NCBI GenBank assembly: GCA_014905635.1
Contig: JABVCE010000030.1
Span: forward strand, 124,001-188,000
Direction of reading: 5' to 3'
From: Scenedesmus sp. PABB004
Lineage: Eukaryota
Length of the DNA stretch: 64,000 nt
Shown: in pieces, positions 24,865 to 37,716 of the stretch
Position numbering within the stretch: position 1 is the stretch's first letter
Layout: each line of letters starts with the position of its first letter
The notes under the pieces: model-generated
The model's database searches: none
What the model was told of the DNA's origin: nothing
Seen by the model: the letters and a program-made list of their open reading frames with translations, nothing else
Translations under genes and position numbers: made by a program

Positions 24865-25935
24865 TCACGCGGGGTGCCCCTCCTCCTCCTCCTCCTCCTC
24901 CTCGTCCGAGCTCCAGCCCTCCCCGCCCTCGTCCTCGTTCAAGTCCTCCCCGCCCTCGTCCTCGCTCCAGCCGTCGTCTGCCGCCGCGGGCTGCTCCCGG
25001 ATCCACGCCACCACAGCTGTGTGGCCCTTGTGTGCCGCCGCGCCCTCGCACTCGCCGCGCCGCCACAGGCAGCCGGTGGCGCGCAGCCAGCGCAGCGCCT
25101 CCAGCTGCCCATGCGCAGCCGCCCGCGTGCACGCGCTCTTGCCCCACGGCGCGGGCTCGGCCTGGGCGCGCAGCCAGCGCAGCATCTCCACGTCGCCACG
25201 CGATGCAGCCTCCCAGCACTCCAGGCCGCCCCAGGGCAGCGGCGGCGTCTGCGCGCGCGCCCAGCGCAGAACCGCCAGCTGCCCGCCTCGGGCTGCGTAG
25301 TGGCACACGTCCCCCAGGTCGAGACCCTCGCTGCGCGCCCACTCCAGCACGCCGAGCTGGCTGTGCTCCGCTGCCACATAGCACACGTAGTCCATGTCGC
25401 AGCCGGCGCCGCGCAGCCAGTCCAGCCCCGCCGCGTCGCCGCACGCCGCGCGCGCCCTGGTCAGCTGCATCTGCTGCCAACTACGCAACCCCCGCCAGGC
25501 CTCCTGCACCGCCGCCAGTGGCAGGTCGGGGCAGCGCAGCGAGACGACCGTGGTGTCGCGGAAGCGCTCGCGCGCCGCCCTGCAGACCAGCCTGGCGGCC
25601 CACGCCAGCAGGGCCGGCGGCAGGAAGCTCAGGACGTGGAGCACGAGCGGCTCGGGCAGCTCCGGCAGCAGGCTGCTTGCGTCGCGGGCGCGGCGCGGCG
25701 GGGCGGCAGCGGGCGCGGCGGGCGGGCAGCGGTGAGGCGGCGCCTGCTGCCGGCGGTGGTGGCTTGTCGCGCCAGGCAGCACCAGTGGGGGGGGGGGGCA
25801 CCAGCAGCAGCGGACCCACCCCGGCGCTGCCTCCGCCCCGGCCGGCGCCTCGGCCCCCGTCGCCGCTGCGGCCGCCGCGCGCGCGCGCGTGGTCGGCCCG
25901 GCGCGCCGCTTGACCGCCGCCGGCGCAGCAGACAT
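24865..25935 (-). CDS. F-box-like plus degenerate ankyrin-repeat protein, apparently intronless
   Basis: F-box-like LLPELPEPLVLHVLSFLP…ARLVCR, then repeats of C-x-x-AA-x-x-G-x-L-x-x-L-x-W-[AL]R-x(n)-PW and an acidic tail. Single open frame of 356 aa. Confidence 0.85.
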   Translation of the reverse strand: MSAAPAAVKRRAGPTTRARAAAAAATGAEAPAGAEAAPGWVRCCWCPPPPLVLPGATSHHRRQQAPPHRCPPAAPAAAPPRRARDASSLLPELPEPLVLHVLSFLPPALLAWAARLVCRAARERFRDTTVVSLRCPDLPLAAVQEAWRGLRSWQQMQLTRARAACGDAAGLDWLRGAGCDMDYVCYVAAEHSQLGVLEWARSEGLDLGDVCHYAARGGQLAVLRWARAQTPPLPWGGLECWEAASRGDVEMLRWLRAQAEPAPWGKSACTRAAAHGQLEALRWLRATGCLWRRGECEGAAAHKGHTAVVAWIREQPAAADDGWSEDEGGEDLNEDEGGEGWSSDEEEEEEEEGHPA

Positions 25936-26158
25936 GGTGGCACCTGGAAGCCTGCGGGCACGCAGCGAGCAGCGGGCGGGGCGCCGGCAGCAGTGGGTGA
26001 GGTGGGCGGCGTGAGCGCGGCAGAAGCAGCGCGCGCTGAGCGTGGCGCCCGCGCCCCGCCCCGGCGCGGCGGCACGGCGCGGCGGCGGGCCGCCCAGCGG
26101 CGCCCGAGGCGCGCTGACCCAGAGGCTTGCGCCACACGCCCGCCGCGCACCGCCGCAG

Positions 26159-26190
<32 letters not shown>

Positions 26191-26931
26191 CCCGCAGCAG
26201 GCGCCGCGCAGCGTGGGCCGCCGCTGCCCTCCCCGCCTGCCCGAGCGCCCAGCTTGCCTGGCGCTGCGCTGGGCGGACCGTACCGACGGTCAGAGGGCCG
26301 CAGGTCCGCGCCCCGCCTGGCAAGGGGTCGCGGCGCGGGCGGGGGCGCGCGCAGCGCCGCGCCGCAGCGCTGTGGCGGCGGCGGCGGCGCGGGGGCAGCG
26401 CACTGGGCTGCGGGCCCGGCGCGCTGTGTGCACGCGTCAGGCGCGGCGCGACGGCGCCGTTGTTCGGCAAAGCGAGCGCGTCGCGGCGAGTCGCCGAGGT
26501 TTGGCCGAGCGGCGGCGCGGCGGCGGCGGCGCTGCTCTCCCCGCGCGCCCTCGCTCCGCCCACTGCTCACCAGACGACACCCACACGACACAGAGACACG
26601 GCCCTTCAGGCACGCGACGGCGAGGCGCCCCTCTAGTGCGCGCGTCGAATCTGACGGTGCGCTCCCCCTCACGACAGCGTGGGAGTTCTCGGCGCCGCAC
26701 ACGCGGGGCGGCAAGGCCAGCCATCCACGCGGCGGGCGGGGCGGGCCGGCGCACATGTTCGAGCTTCGAGCTGCGCCTGTGGTGCCCCGCTCTGCCGGGC
26801 AGCTCGGCCCTCTGCGCCCCGGGCCGCGAGCCAGCCAGGCAGACGGGCCGCCCCCCGGTTCCGCCCTCGCTCGCCGAGCGCCGCCGCTGCTCCGCACCGC
26901 GCGCCGACCGCCTGCGCAGGGCGCCGCCGTG

Positions 26932-27189
26932 ATGGAGGCCGCCGCCGGCCAGGACGCCGCCCCCGTGGTCGCCCGGCCCGTGAGCCTGCTGAGCCGCGGG
27001 CTGCGATGGGCACGAAAGTCGGCGGCCGCCGCGGCGCGGCCGGCGGCGCGGCCCGCGCCGCCGCCTGGGCCGGTCGAGCTGACGGAGATGGGTAGCAGCC
27101 CCAGCAGCTCTGGCGGCGGCTTCCACCGCCCCAGCAACAGTTCGCTGAGCAGCAGCGCGACGACGACGGACGGCGAGGCGGGCTTGTGA
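26932..27189 (+). CDS. Possible small protein or terminal exon (Ser-rich)
   Basis: MEAAAGQDAAPVVARPVSLLSRGLRWARK…SSSATTTDGEAGL* with gene-like codons, preceded by a CAG acceptor-like site at ~26919. A TGTAA motif lies downstream at 27759. No family recognised. Confidence 0.25.
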   Translation: MEAAAGQDAAPVVARPVSLLSRGLRWARKSAAAAARPAARPAPPPGPVELTEMGSSPSSSGGGFHRPSNSSLSSSATTTDGEAGL

Positions 27190-28036
27190 GGCTCTGAGGC
27201 TCTGAGGCGCCGTACCGCCGCCGGCCGCGCACCTTGTTTCCGGCGGGCGCACGCAGCGTGCGTGCCACGAGGCGGGCCCGCAGGGTTAGTACTGCCGCCG
27301 GCGCGGCGGACCAACGCGTGAGGGCGGGCGGGCGGGCGGGCGGCGGCCGACGCGCGAGAGGAGGGGGCGAACGGCCGCCGGGCGGCGAACGGGGCACTGC
27401 GGCGGGGCGACCGCGCCGGCGCGCGCGCCGGCGGCGACGGCCGGCGCGCGCGCACGCGCGCGTGCAGCCACGCGCGATGGTTCGGACGCGGAGAGCGCAG
27501 CCGCCCGCGTCGCGCGGCGCCTGGCCAGCAGGCCGGCGCCGGCGTCCGGCGGCCGCGGCGCGCGCACCATTTTTTGACCGCCTGACTTGCGTGCCAGCTA
27601 GCTATTACTCCAGCCAGCACTGCAGTGCATATGCGTGCGCCCGGCACTTGACTCGACTCGCGGCCGCTTGTACCACAGCACTCTGGCGCGTGCAGACCGC
27701 GGCGCCCGCGCTGTATCATGACGATTTTCGGCCCCCCGGACCATCGTGAGCGAACTGGTGTAAACGTAGGCCGCCGTCGTGCGGGCGTGGTCGAGCCGCG
27801 CGCGGGCGTGGTGCAGCAAAAGCGCGCTGACAGTGCGCCGCCCGCGCGCCGATCTACGATTGCCGGCGCGATCGCCCCCCACAGCGCCGCGTCGGCCGGG
27901 CCCCGTCGTCCTTGATCGCCCACCCGGGGACGACGCGCCGGGAGAGGGCTAGCAGGGCCGGGCCGCGCCGGAGCAGCAGGAGCAGCAGCAGCGGCATCGC
28001 CCAACGGCTGGCCGGGGTGCTCCAGCTGCCGCCGCG

Positions 28037-29900
<1,864 letters not shown>

Positions 29901-31341
29901 GCGCGCGCCGCGGCGGACGGATTGGAGCTCCTCGGAACGCGCGCGCTTGCTGCTGCCGCCGGCGGCGCGACGCGTGGGCGGTGGGACCCCTTTGTGACCC
30001 TTGGTTTGTCTCCTCCTCCCCCGGCCACTGGTCAAAGCGCGTCCTGCCGCGCGCCCTTCGCTCCGCTGTACACATGCGCGGCCGGCCCCCGGTGCAGAGC
30101 AGCGCCGCATCGCCATCAAAATGGGGCGGCGGGTGGTGGTCGCCAAAGTCAAGTCCTGCTGTTGCTGCTGCTGCTGTGTGTCTGGGCCCCCATGGAAAAC
30201 GGCCCTCGTCGTCGTCGTCGTGAAAACGCTGCACGTGCGGGCGGTGTGGTCAGCTCTCCGCTCAAAAAGCCGTGCAGTGTGTCCGCCACAGGGCGGGCGC
30301 TCGCCGCCGCCGCCGGCCGCGCACAGGGCCGCGGCCGGCGGCGGCGCGCGCCGCTGGGGCGGCAGCGCGCGCAGCCCCACAAAAGCGTCGGCGCGCGTGG
30401 CCGCGAGGTCCGTTGTTCCTGCTGCCGGCGGCGGCAGCGGCATGTTGTGCGTGACGCCCCCAGCAGGCGTCAACCTCCCTCCCTCAGCTCCCTCACTCCC
30501 CCTGCCGCTGCCTTGTGTGCTGCGCTGCGGCGCGGCCACCCGCCCGCCTGCCTGCCCATCCCATTTCTCCCCAAAAAATGCCGCGACAAGCGGGGGCGCG
30601 GGGGCCGCCGCCCCGCCAGCCAGCCGCTGCGCGCGCGCCTGCACGGCGTGTGTGCCTCCTCGTCCGCCTCGCCCGCACAGCCCCACACACGCCGCCGTTT
30701 GTCTCAGCAGGCAACACACACCCCCGCGCGAGCCGCGGCCCCGCGCCCATCAGGCCACGCTGCAGAGCCTGGCGTTGCCAGCCGGGCGCCCACAAGGGGA
30801 TTCGGCCGCCACGCGCGCACGCCCCGCCCCGCCTGCGGGCCGCGCCGTGGCGGCAGGCGGGGCAGGCAGGGGCCGCGCGGGCGGCCGGGCAAAAGAACAG
30901 AACCGCACGCCGGGAGCAAGCAAGAATAGGGAGACAGCAAATCGGGCGGGCGCTGGCGCCGCCGTGTTTATGTGTGCCGCCAGCTCGAGCTAGCCAACAA
31001 AACGCCCGCCTGCGAGTCGGTCAGTGCGTGCTGCCGCGGCCGCCGCCCGCAGGGTGCCGCGGGCGGCGCCGCTTGTTGTCGTGCCGTCCTCCGCTGCGCC
31101 GCCGCCGCAGCCCGCCCGCCGCGCCCCGCAGAGGGCGCGCGGGCGGCGGGCGTGGCGCGGCGGGGCGCGCGGCGCAGAGCCCCCAGCCCCCCGCCCCCCG
31201 CACTCGCCCCGCGGCCTCGCGTCACGCAAGTTCACATGAAGGAACGCCGCGGGGCGCCGCAGGGCGCCGCCGCCAGCCGCCGGCCGGCTCCCCCGTCACC
31301 GCCGCTCGCCCCCCGTCCTGCTCAGCGCGGCTCAGCGCGGC

Positions 31342-34300
31342 TCAGCGCGACAGCGAGTTGAGCGCGATGGTGTAGCTGTTGGGGTTGTGGAAGCGGCTGA
31401 TCGCGCCGGCGGGGCCGTACGCGCGCAGCTCGCCCAGCGTCTCCAGCGGGTGGGGCGAGTTCATGAACGTCAGAATCGCGTCACCCAGCGTCAGCCCGCC
31501 CCCGCCGCCGGCGCAGCCGGGCGCGCCCTCGCCGGGCGCGTCCGCGGCGGGCGGCGCGGCCGCCTCGGACGCCGCCTCGGCGGCGCTGACCGGCACGCTC
31601 ACGAGCGGGCCGCTGCCGCCGCTGCTGGTGAGCGTGAAGGTGCTCGTGAGGTCGGCGATGGCGCTGGTGAGGCTGCCCATGCTGCCCAGCGCCGCGAGGC
31701 TGCCAAAGCTGCCAAAGCCCGCCAGGTTGCCGAGCGAGCCGAGGCCGGGGAAGCCGGACAGGCGGCCCCTGGCCTTGCGCGCCCCGGGCGCGGGCTCGGG
31801 GCCCGCGCCCCCGCCCGACGCGGCGCAGCCGCCGCAGCTCCCGCCGGCGCAGCTCCCGCCGGCGCAGCTCCCGCCGGCGCAGCTCCCGCCGGCGCAGCTC
31901 CCGCCGCCGCAGCTGCTGCCGCGCGGCGACGCGGCGCAGGGCGCGGGCGCCGGCTCCGCACGCGCGCCGGCGCCGGGCGCGGGCAGCGCGCAGGAGGGCT
32001 CGGTGAGCTTGTAGAGCGCGGCCTGCGGCGGCAGCATCGCGTGGCGCTCGTCGCCGAGCACGAACGAGCAGTCGGGGCTGGGCTGCAGCACCTCCACGGT
32101 GCCCACAAAGTTGTAGAGCGCCTGTTGTGCGGGGAGGGCAGGGGCGGGGGGGGGGGGGGGCAGCAGGCTCAGCGGCGCGCAAGGGGGCGGGCGGGCGCGA
32201 GCGAGGCGGCGAGCTGCGTGCTGCGCGCTGTGCGTGGTGCGCGCGCCTTGTGGTCGCGGCAGGCGGCGAGGCCGACGTGCTCCTTGAAGCTGGGCAGCCA
32301 GCTCTTGAGCATGCCCGCGACGAGCGTGTAGTCGCACACAAAGGCGCGGGGCACGATGTCGCGCGTCATCACCACGTTGGCCACCACCTCGGGCGCCAGG
32401 CCCAGCGCAGACAGCAGGCCGCCGCCAGACGGCGCGCCGCCCGCCGCCGCGGCGCCGGCCGCCGCGGACGCGGGCGCGCGCTCGGCGCGGTGCTCGCAGG
32501 GCAGCGAGCACGACTGGCACGCGCCGGCCGACGGCGGGCAGGCGGCGGCGCCCTCGCAGAAGATGGCGGGCGCGCCAAACGTGCGCACGGTGGCCACGGC
32601 CGACGCCGGCAGGACGCCCCTGCGACGGCGGCAGCGCGGCGGCGGCGGCGCGGGCGGTCAGCGCAGCGCAGCGTGCGGGCCCGGCAGCGCCGCCGGCGCT
32701 GGTGCGACCAGCCCCTGCTGCCCCTGCTGCCCCTGCTGCCCCCGCGGCCGCGCACCTGTGCACGAGGAGCAGCATGAGCAGCGTCGCGAGGCTGCCGCCG
32801 AGGCTGTGCCCGGTGAACGCGATGCGGCCGCCCGGGTGCGCGGCGAGGTGCTCGCGCACGAGCGGCACAAACGTGGGCAGCATGCGAAGCGCGGCCTCGT
32901 ACACGCCGCGGTGGACCTTGACGCCGCCGAGCGCGCCGCCCTCAAACTCGCAGGGGTCGATCGTCAGGTTGATGCGCCAGTGCTCCAGGCTGATGCTGCC
33001 CTGGATGACCACGTACCGCACCGCCCCGCCCTCGGCGTCGGCGGGGCCGTCCGCGACAAACCAGTCCGCCGGCGGCGGCGCCTGGGACGCCTCGGGCGCC
33101 GCGGGCGCCGCGTCGGGCGCGCCCGGCGCCGGCGCCGCCGCCCAGCCGGCAGGCGCATCGCCGGCCTGCTCCTGCAGGGCCGACATGAGCGCGTGCTCGC
33201 GCTGCAGCAGCGCCTGCAGCTGCTGCGCCTGCGCGAGCTCGAGCAGCAGCGCCTGCTCCGCCTGCGCCTGCGCCAGCTCCGCCGCGGCGGCCGCCGCGCC
33301 GCTGCTGCGGTAGCCCGCCGCCGCGGCGCCGTCGGAGAGGTCGGCCTGCTGGAACGCGAGCAGCTGCGCCGCCAGCGCCGTGCCCGCGGAGGGCGCGCCG
33401 CTGAGCTGCGCGGCGGCGGCGGGCGCGTCGGCCGTCGCGGCCGCGGCCGCGCGCGGGCTGGCGGGCGGCGCGGCCGCCGCGAGCGCCGACGACAGCCGGC
33501 GCGGCGTGCCGGGGCTGCCGACCGGCCCCGCCGCGGTGGCCAGCTGCGCCTCGCCCGACGCCAGGGCGTCCTCCAGCTCGCTGAACGAGGCGAGCACAAA
33601 CGGCGTGCGCGGCGACGCCGGCGCCGAGCCGTTCGCGCTGCCAAACGCCGCGTACGCGGGCGCCGCGTCCCAGGCGGGCGCGCGCGCCGCGCGGCCGCTG
33701 GGGCCCGCAGGCGCCGCGCGCTCCGCCGGCGCCGGCGCCGGCTGCTGCTGCTGCTGCCGGCCGGGCGCGGGCGCGGCGCGCGGCGCCGGGAGCACGGGCG
33801 GCGCGGCGCCCGCGGGCGCCGCGTCCCTGCTGCGCCGCACGACGGTGAGGTTGTGCGTCGCCGCGAGCGCGGGCGCGCTGATGGCGGCGACGTCGTAGGC
33901 CATGTTGCTGAGGTCGCTCAGCATCGCCGCCGCCGCGACCTCGGCGCGGGACGCGGTCGTGATGAAGCGGCTCAGGCTCGCCCGCAGCGCCGCCTCGTCG
34001 CCGCCGTCGTCGCCGCGGCGCGGCGGGCCGCCGCCGTCGGCGCCGCCGGCGCCGCCGCGCGCGGGCTTGGCCGCGCCGGCGACGCCCGGCGAGCTGGCGC
34101 CGCCGAGCGCGGCGATGCAGTCAATGCTCGTGCTGCGCAGCATCGTGCTCACCCGCGCCAGGGAGCGCAGGCTGCGCTCGCTCCAGATGCGCTGGTTGGC
34201 TAGCACGCTGCTCCAGGCGCTGCTGCAGGCCGCGACCGCGCCCCTGGTGAATGCCAGCGCGGGCGCGCCCGCCTGGCCCAGCCAGGCGCCGCCCACCCTG

Positions 34301-34488
34301 GCCGAGCCGGGCAGGCTGACCGCCAGCGGGCGCCGGCCGGGCACGGAGAGGCTGCAGCGCACGCCCAGGGGCGCCCAGGGCGAGCGGCCTCCGACCGAGA
34401 AGCTGCACTGCACCACCGCCCCGCCCGACGCGCGCCCTGTCACGGCGTCGCTCGAGCACACCGAAGCGCTCAGCCCCGGCAGCACCAT
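31342..34488 (-). CDS. Class 3 lipase, plastid lipase PLIP / PGD1-like
   Basis: LSNMAY, DWFVAD…RYVVIQGSISLEHWRINL, VHRGVYEAA, FTGHSLGGSLA (nucleophile elbow), TFGAP, DIVPRAFVCDY and the PLIP-type C-terminal FMNSPHPLETLGELRAYGPAGAISRFHNPNSY. Two introns (~32122-32246 and ~32620-32756). Confidence 0.9.
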   Translation of the reverse strand: MVLPGLSASVCSSDAVTGRASGGAVVQCSFSVGGRSPWAPLGVRCSLSVPGRRPLAVSLPGSARVGGAWLGQAGAPALAFTRGAVAACSSAWSSVLANQRIWSERSLRSLARVSTMLRSTSIDCIAALGGASSPGVAGAAKPARGGAGGADGGGPPRRGDDGGDEAALRASLSRFITTASRAEVAAAAMLSDLSNMAYDVAAISAPALAATHNLTVVRRSRDAAPAGAAPPVLPAPRAAPAPGRQQQQQPAPAPAERAAPAGPSGRAARAPAWDAAPAYAAFGSANGSAPASPRTPFVLASFSELEDALASGEAQLATAAGPVGSPGTPRRLSSALAAAAPPASPRAAAAATADAPAAAAQLSGAPSAGTALAAQLLAFQQADLSDGAAAAGYRSSGAAAAAAELAQAQAEQALLLELAQAQQLQALLQREHALMSALQEQAGDAPAGWAAAPAPGAPDAAPAAPEASQAPPPADWFVADGPADAEGGAVRYVVIQGSISLEHWRINLTIDPCEFEGGALGGVKVHRGVYEAALRMLPTFVPLVREHLAAHPGGRIAFTGHSLGGSLATLLMLLLVHRCAAAGAAGAAGAAGAGRTSAGGAAGPARCAALTARAAAAALPPSQGRPAGVGRGHRAHVWRARHLLRGRRRLPAVGRRVPVVLAALRAPRRARARVRGGRRRGGGRRAVWRRPAVCAGPGARGGGQRGDDARHRAPRLCVRLHARRGHAQELAAQLQGARRPRRLPRPQGARTTHSAQHAARRLARARPPPCAPLSLLPPPPPAPALPAQQALYNFVGTVEVLQPSPDCSFVLGDERHAMLPPQAALYKLTEPSCALPAPGAGARAEPAPAPCAASPRGSSCGGGSCAGGSCAGGSCAGGSCAGGSCGGCAASGGGAGPEPAPGARKARGRLSGFPGLGSLGNLAGFGSFGSLAALGSMGSLTSAIADLTSTFTLTSSGGSGPLVSVPVSAAEAASEAAAPPAADAPGEGAPGCAGGGGGLTLGDAILTFMNSPHPLETLGELRAYGPAGAISRFHNPNSYTIALNSLSR

Positions 34489-34966
34489 GGCGCCCGGCGC
34501 GTCGCGGCGGCTAGGGGCTCACTGCTGACGCCAGGCGCGCATCTGCTGCGCGAGCGCGCGTCGCTGCCCCACGCGGCGCTGGCGCGGCGTGACCCTGCAC
34601 CAGGAGCTGCGGCGGCTGCGGTGGCGAGGCCCGACGCGTTGGGGCGACGGCACGCGAGCGCCTGCGCCGTGTGCGAGCGGCTGACTGGGCGCGGCGCGTG
34701 CGAGGGCCTACCACCACGGCTGCGCGGTCGGCGGGGTGCGGGAGGCGCTGCAATGCGCCCCCGGGGTGCCCGCGGGCGCGCGCCCACGCGCCGTAACGCC
34801 GCAGACCTGGTCCTGCACCCCGGGCGCCCCCGGCGCCGGCCCCCCGACTCCGCGCCTGCACCGCCCAGCCGGCACCGCGGCGGCCCGAGCGCTGCTGGAC
34901 GGCCCCCATTTCGCGGCCCCGCGCGGCCGCAGGGCACGGCGCGTCGAGCGCGCCCGGCGGCGGCGC
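34475..34966. repeat. Direct repeat B, copy 1 (lipase start codon, 5' region and divergent promoter interval)
   Basis: 34475-34894 aligns almost base for base with 36808-37225. Weaker similarity continues to ~34966/37300. Confidence 0.95.
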
Positions 34967-35018
34967 GGGGCGCGGCGCCTGGCGGCGCCTGGCGGCGCCT
35001 GGCGGCTTGTGGGCGGCC

Positions 35019-35135
35019 ATGGCAGCTCGGATCCGAACGGGCGGCGCGGCCGGCGGCCGGCGCGGCGGCGCGGCGGGCCGCGCGGCGCGCTGCCTCCAGC
35101 GGCCGCGGGCGCCGCCGCCGCCCCGGGTTGCCGCT

Positions 35136-35206
<71 letters not shown>

Positions 35207-36673
35207 CAGCCGGCGCGGCGCCGCGGAGCCCGCCCAGATCTGGGTGGAGACCCGCAGCCAGGCGGTCGCGACGGCGGCGGTGGAGGCCGGCGTCACGCGC
35301 CTGCTCTTCACGCCCGCGACCGCGGCGCTCGGTGCGGACTGGGCGCAGCTCGCGTCCTTCACCGCGCTCACGCTGGAGCAGCCGGGCGGCGGCGCCATCG
35401 TGGACGCGTGCGGCGCGCCGGTCGGGCGGCTGCTCGTCGTGGCGGGCGCGGCCGACCTCGCCGCCGCGGCGGCGGCCGCGGCGCTGCCGGGCGTGACCGT
35501 GGTCGATGCCACTGACTGGAAGGTCATCCCTGCGGAGAACCTGGTCGCCGCGTTTGCCGGCGGCGCGCCCGGGAGCAGCCTGTTCTGCGTCGCGCACAGC
35601 GCGGCGGAGGGCCGCGTGATGCTCGAGGCGCTCGAGGCGGGCGCGGCGGGCGTGCTGCTGCGCACGGAGGACCCGGCCGACGTCAAGGCCCTCGCCGCCT
35701 ACGCCGCGGCGCGCGCGGCCGAGGGCGCGCCCACGTTCGCCTACGAGGCTGCCGCGGTGACGAGGTGCGGGAAGGCGGGCGCGGCGCGGGCGGCGGCGGC
35801 GCCGCGCGGGCGGCGCGGGCGGCGGCGCGGGCGGCGGCGGCGCGACAACCGCCCGGCCCCGCTGCGGGGCGCGCAGCGTGTCGCCCGTCGGCATGTGCGA
35901 CCGCGTGTGCGTTGACCTCTGCAGCCTGCTGGCGCCGGGGGAGGGCATGCTCGTCGGCTCGTTCGCGCGCGCGCTCTTCCTCGTGCACTCCGAGGTGCGC
36001 CGCCCCGCGCTGCGCGCCCGGCCGGCGCCGGGCGGCCGCGCTCCGGCGCCGGGCCGCGCGCCGCGCGCTGGCCAGCCGCCGCGCGCCTGGCCACGCACGC
36101 GGTGCACGCGCAGTGCATGGAGAGCCAGTACATTGCCAGCCGGCCCTTCCGAGTCAACGCCGGGGCGGTGCACGCCTACGTCGCCGCGCCGCGCGGCCGC
36201 ACGGCCTACCTGAGCGAGCTCGCGAGCGGCGCGGAGGTGGTCGTCGCCGACGCGGCCGGCCGCGCGCGCACGGCGGTGGTCGGGCGCTGCAAGATCGAGC
36301 TGCGCCCGATGGTGCGCGCGCCGCGGCGGGGGGCGCGCGGCGGGCGGCGGCGGCGCGGTCGCGGGCGCCGCGGCGGGCGTCGCGGGGGTGGCACTCGCCC
36401 GCCTGCCGACCGCCCGCCCGCCCGCGCGCCGCAGATGCTGGTCGAGGCGGAGACGCCCGACGGCGCGCGGCACTCGACGCTGCTGCAAAACGCTGAGACG
36501 GTGCGCCTGGTGGGCCCGCGCGCGTGCGCTGACGGGCCGGGCGGCGGCGGCGGCGCGGCGTGGCAGGCGGTGTCGGTGTCGGAGCTGCGGCCGGGCAGCA
36601 GGTGTTCGTGCTGCGCCAGGGCGCGGCGCGGCACACGGGCATCAGCATCGATGAGCGCATCAGCGAAAAGTGA
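35019..36673 (+). CDS. 3-dehydroquinate synthase type II (archaeal AroB'-like) family protein with putative transit peptide
   Basis: [111 protein letters not shown] and [15 protein letters not shown]. Three introns. Apparent 1-nt deletion at ~36595. Confidence 0.92.
35136..35201 (+). repeat. (AGC)22 microsatellite encoding poly-Ser
   Basis: Uninterrupted AGC run in the N-terminal extension of the DHQS-II gene. Confidence 0.95.
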
Positions 36674-36807
36674 GGTGACGCCGCCTCACTCGCAAGGCAG
36701 CGTCGTGCGCCAGCGCCGCCCAGTCGGTGCCTCGGGGGGCGACCGCTGGGCAGGGACAGCATTTGACGGCCCCCCGGCGCGGCGACGGGCACGGCGCGGC
36801 GAGCGCG

Positions 36808-37300
36808 CCCGGCAGCACCATGGCGCCCGGTGCGGCGCGGCGGCTAGGGGCTCACTGCTGACGCCAGGCGCGCATCTGCTGCGCGAGCGCGCGTCGCTGC
36901 CCCACGCGGCGCTGGCGCGGCGTGACCCTGCACCAGGAGCCGCGGCGGCTGCGGTGGCGAGGCCCGACGCGTTGGGGCGAAGGGAAGAGACCCGCGCCGT
37001 GTGCGAGCCCGGCTGACTGGGCGCGGCGCGTGCGAGGGCCTACCACCACGGCTGCGCGGTCGGCGGGGTGCGGGAGGCGCTGCAATGCGCCCCCGGGGCG
37101 CCCGCGGCGCGCGCCCGCGCGCCGTAACGCCGCAGACCTGGTCCTGCACCCCGGGCGCCCCCGGCGCCGGCCCCCCGACTGCGTGCCTGCACCGCCCAGC
37201 CGGCACCGCGGCGGCCCGAGCGCTGGGCAGGGACAGCACTTCACGGCCCTGCGGTGCACCGGCGGGGCACGGCGCGGCGAGCGCGCCCGGAGGCGGCGCG
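36808..37300. repeat. Direct repeat B, copy 2 (upstream of TOR), preceded by an extra partial copy of its own 3' end at 36744-36813
   Basis: Near-identical to 34475-34894, including a relic of the lipase start (cccggcagcaccatggcgcccgg). 36744-36813 resembles 37221-37290. Confidence 0.95.
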
Positions 37301-37716
37301 CGCGCGGGCGGCGCGCGTGCGGCGAGCCCTCAACCCTGCTGCGCCCGCGCGGGCGGTGGCGCGGCCGCGGCGGCCGGATCCACAGCAGCAGGACCGCTCG
37401 CTCCCCGCGCGCCACCCACGAGACGTGAGGGGCACGCACGCGCAACGCGCCGAGCCCCGCTGCCGCCGCTGCCGCTGCTGCCGCTGCCGCTGGCGAGCCA
37501 GCCGATGTCTCCCCGACCACGCTGTCGAGCGCAGGCGTAGCTTGTCGTCGCTCCGCAGCCGCGCGCCGGGCCGCTGCGCGGCCGCGGCAGCAGCATGCGG
37601 CAGGAGCACTAGGCCAGCCAGCCGGCAGCACCGCTCAGGCAGCCGTGTCGGCCGGCCCGGCAGCCGGAGCAGTGCGACTGTGGTGACGCGCCGCCGCAGC
37701 TCGCGGCGCCGGCAGG

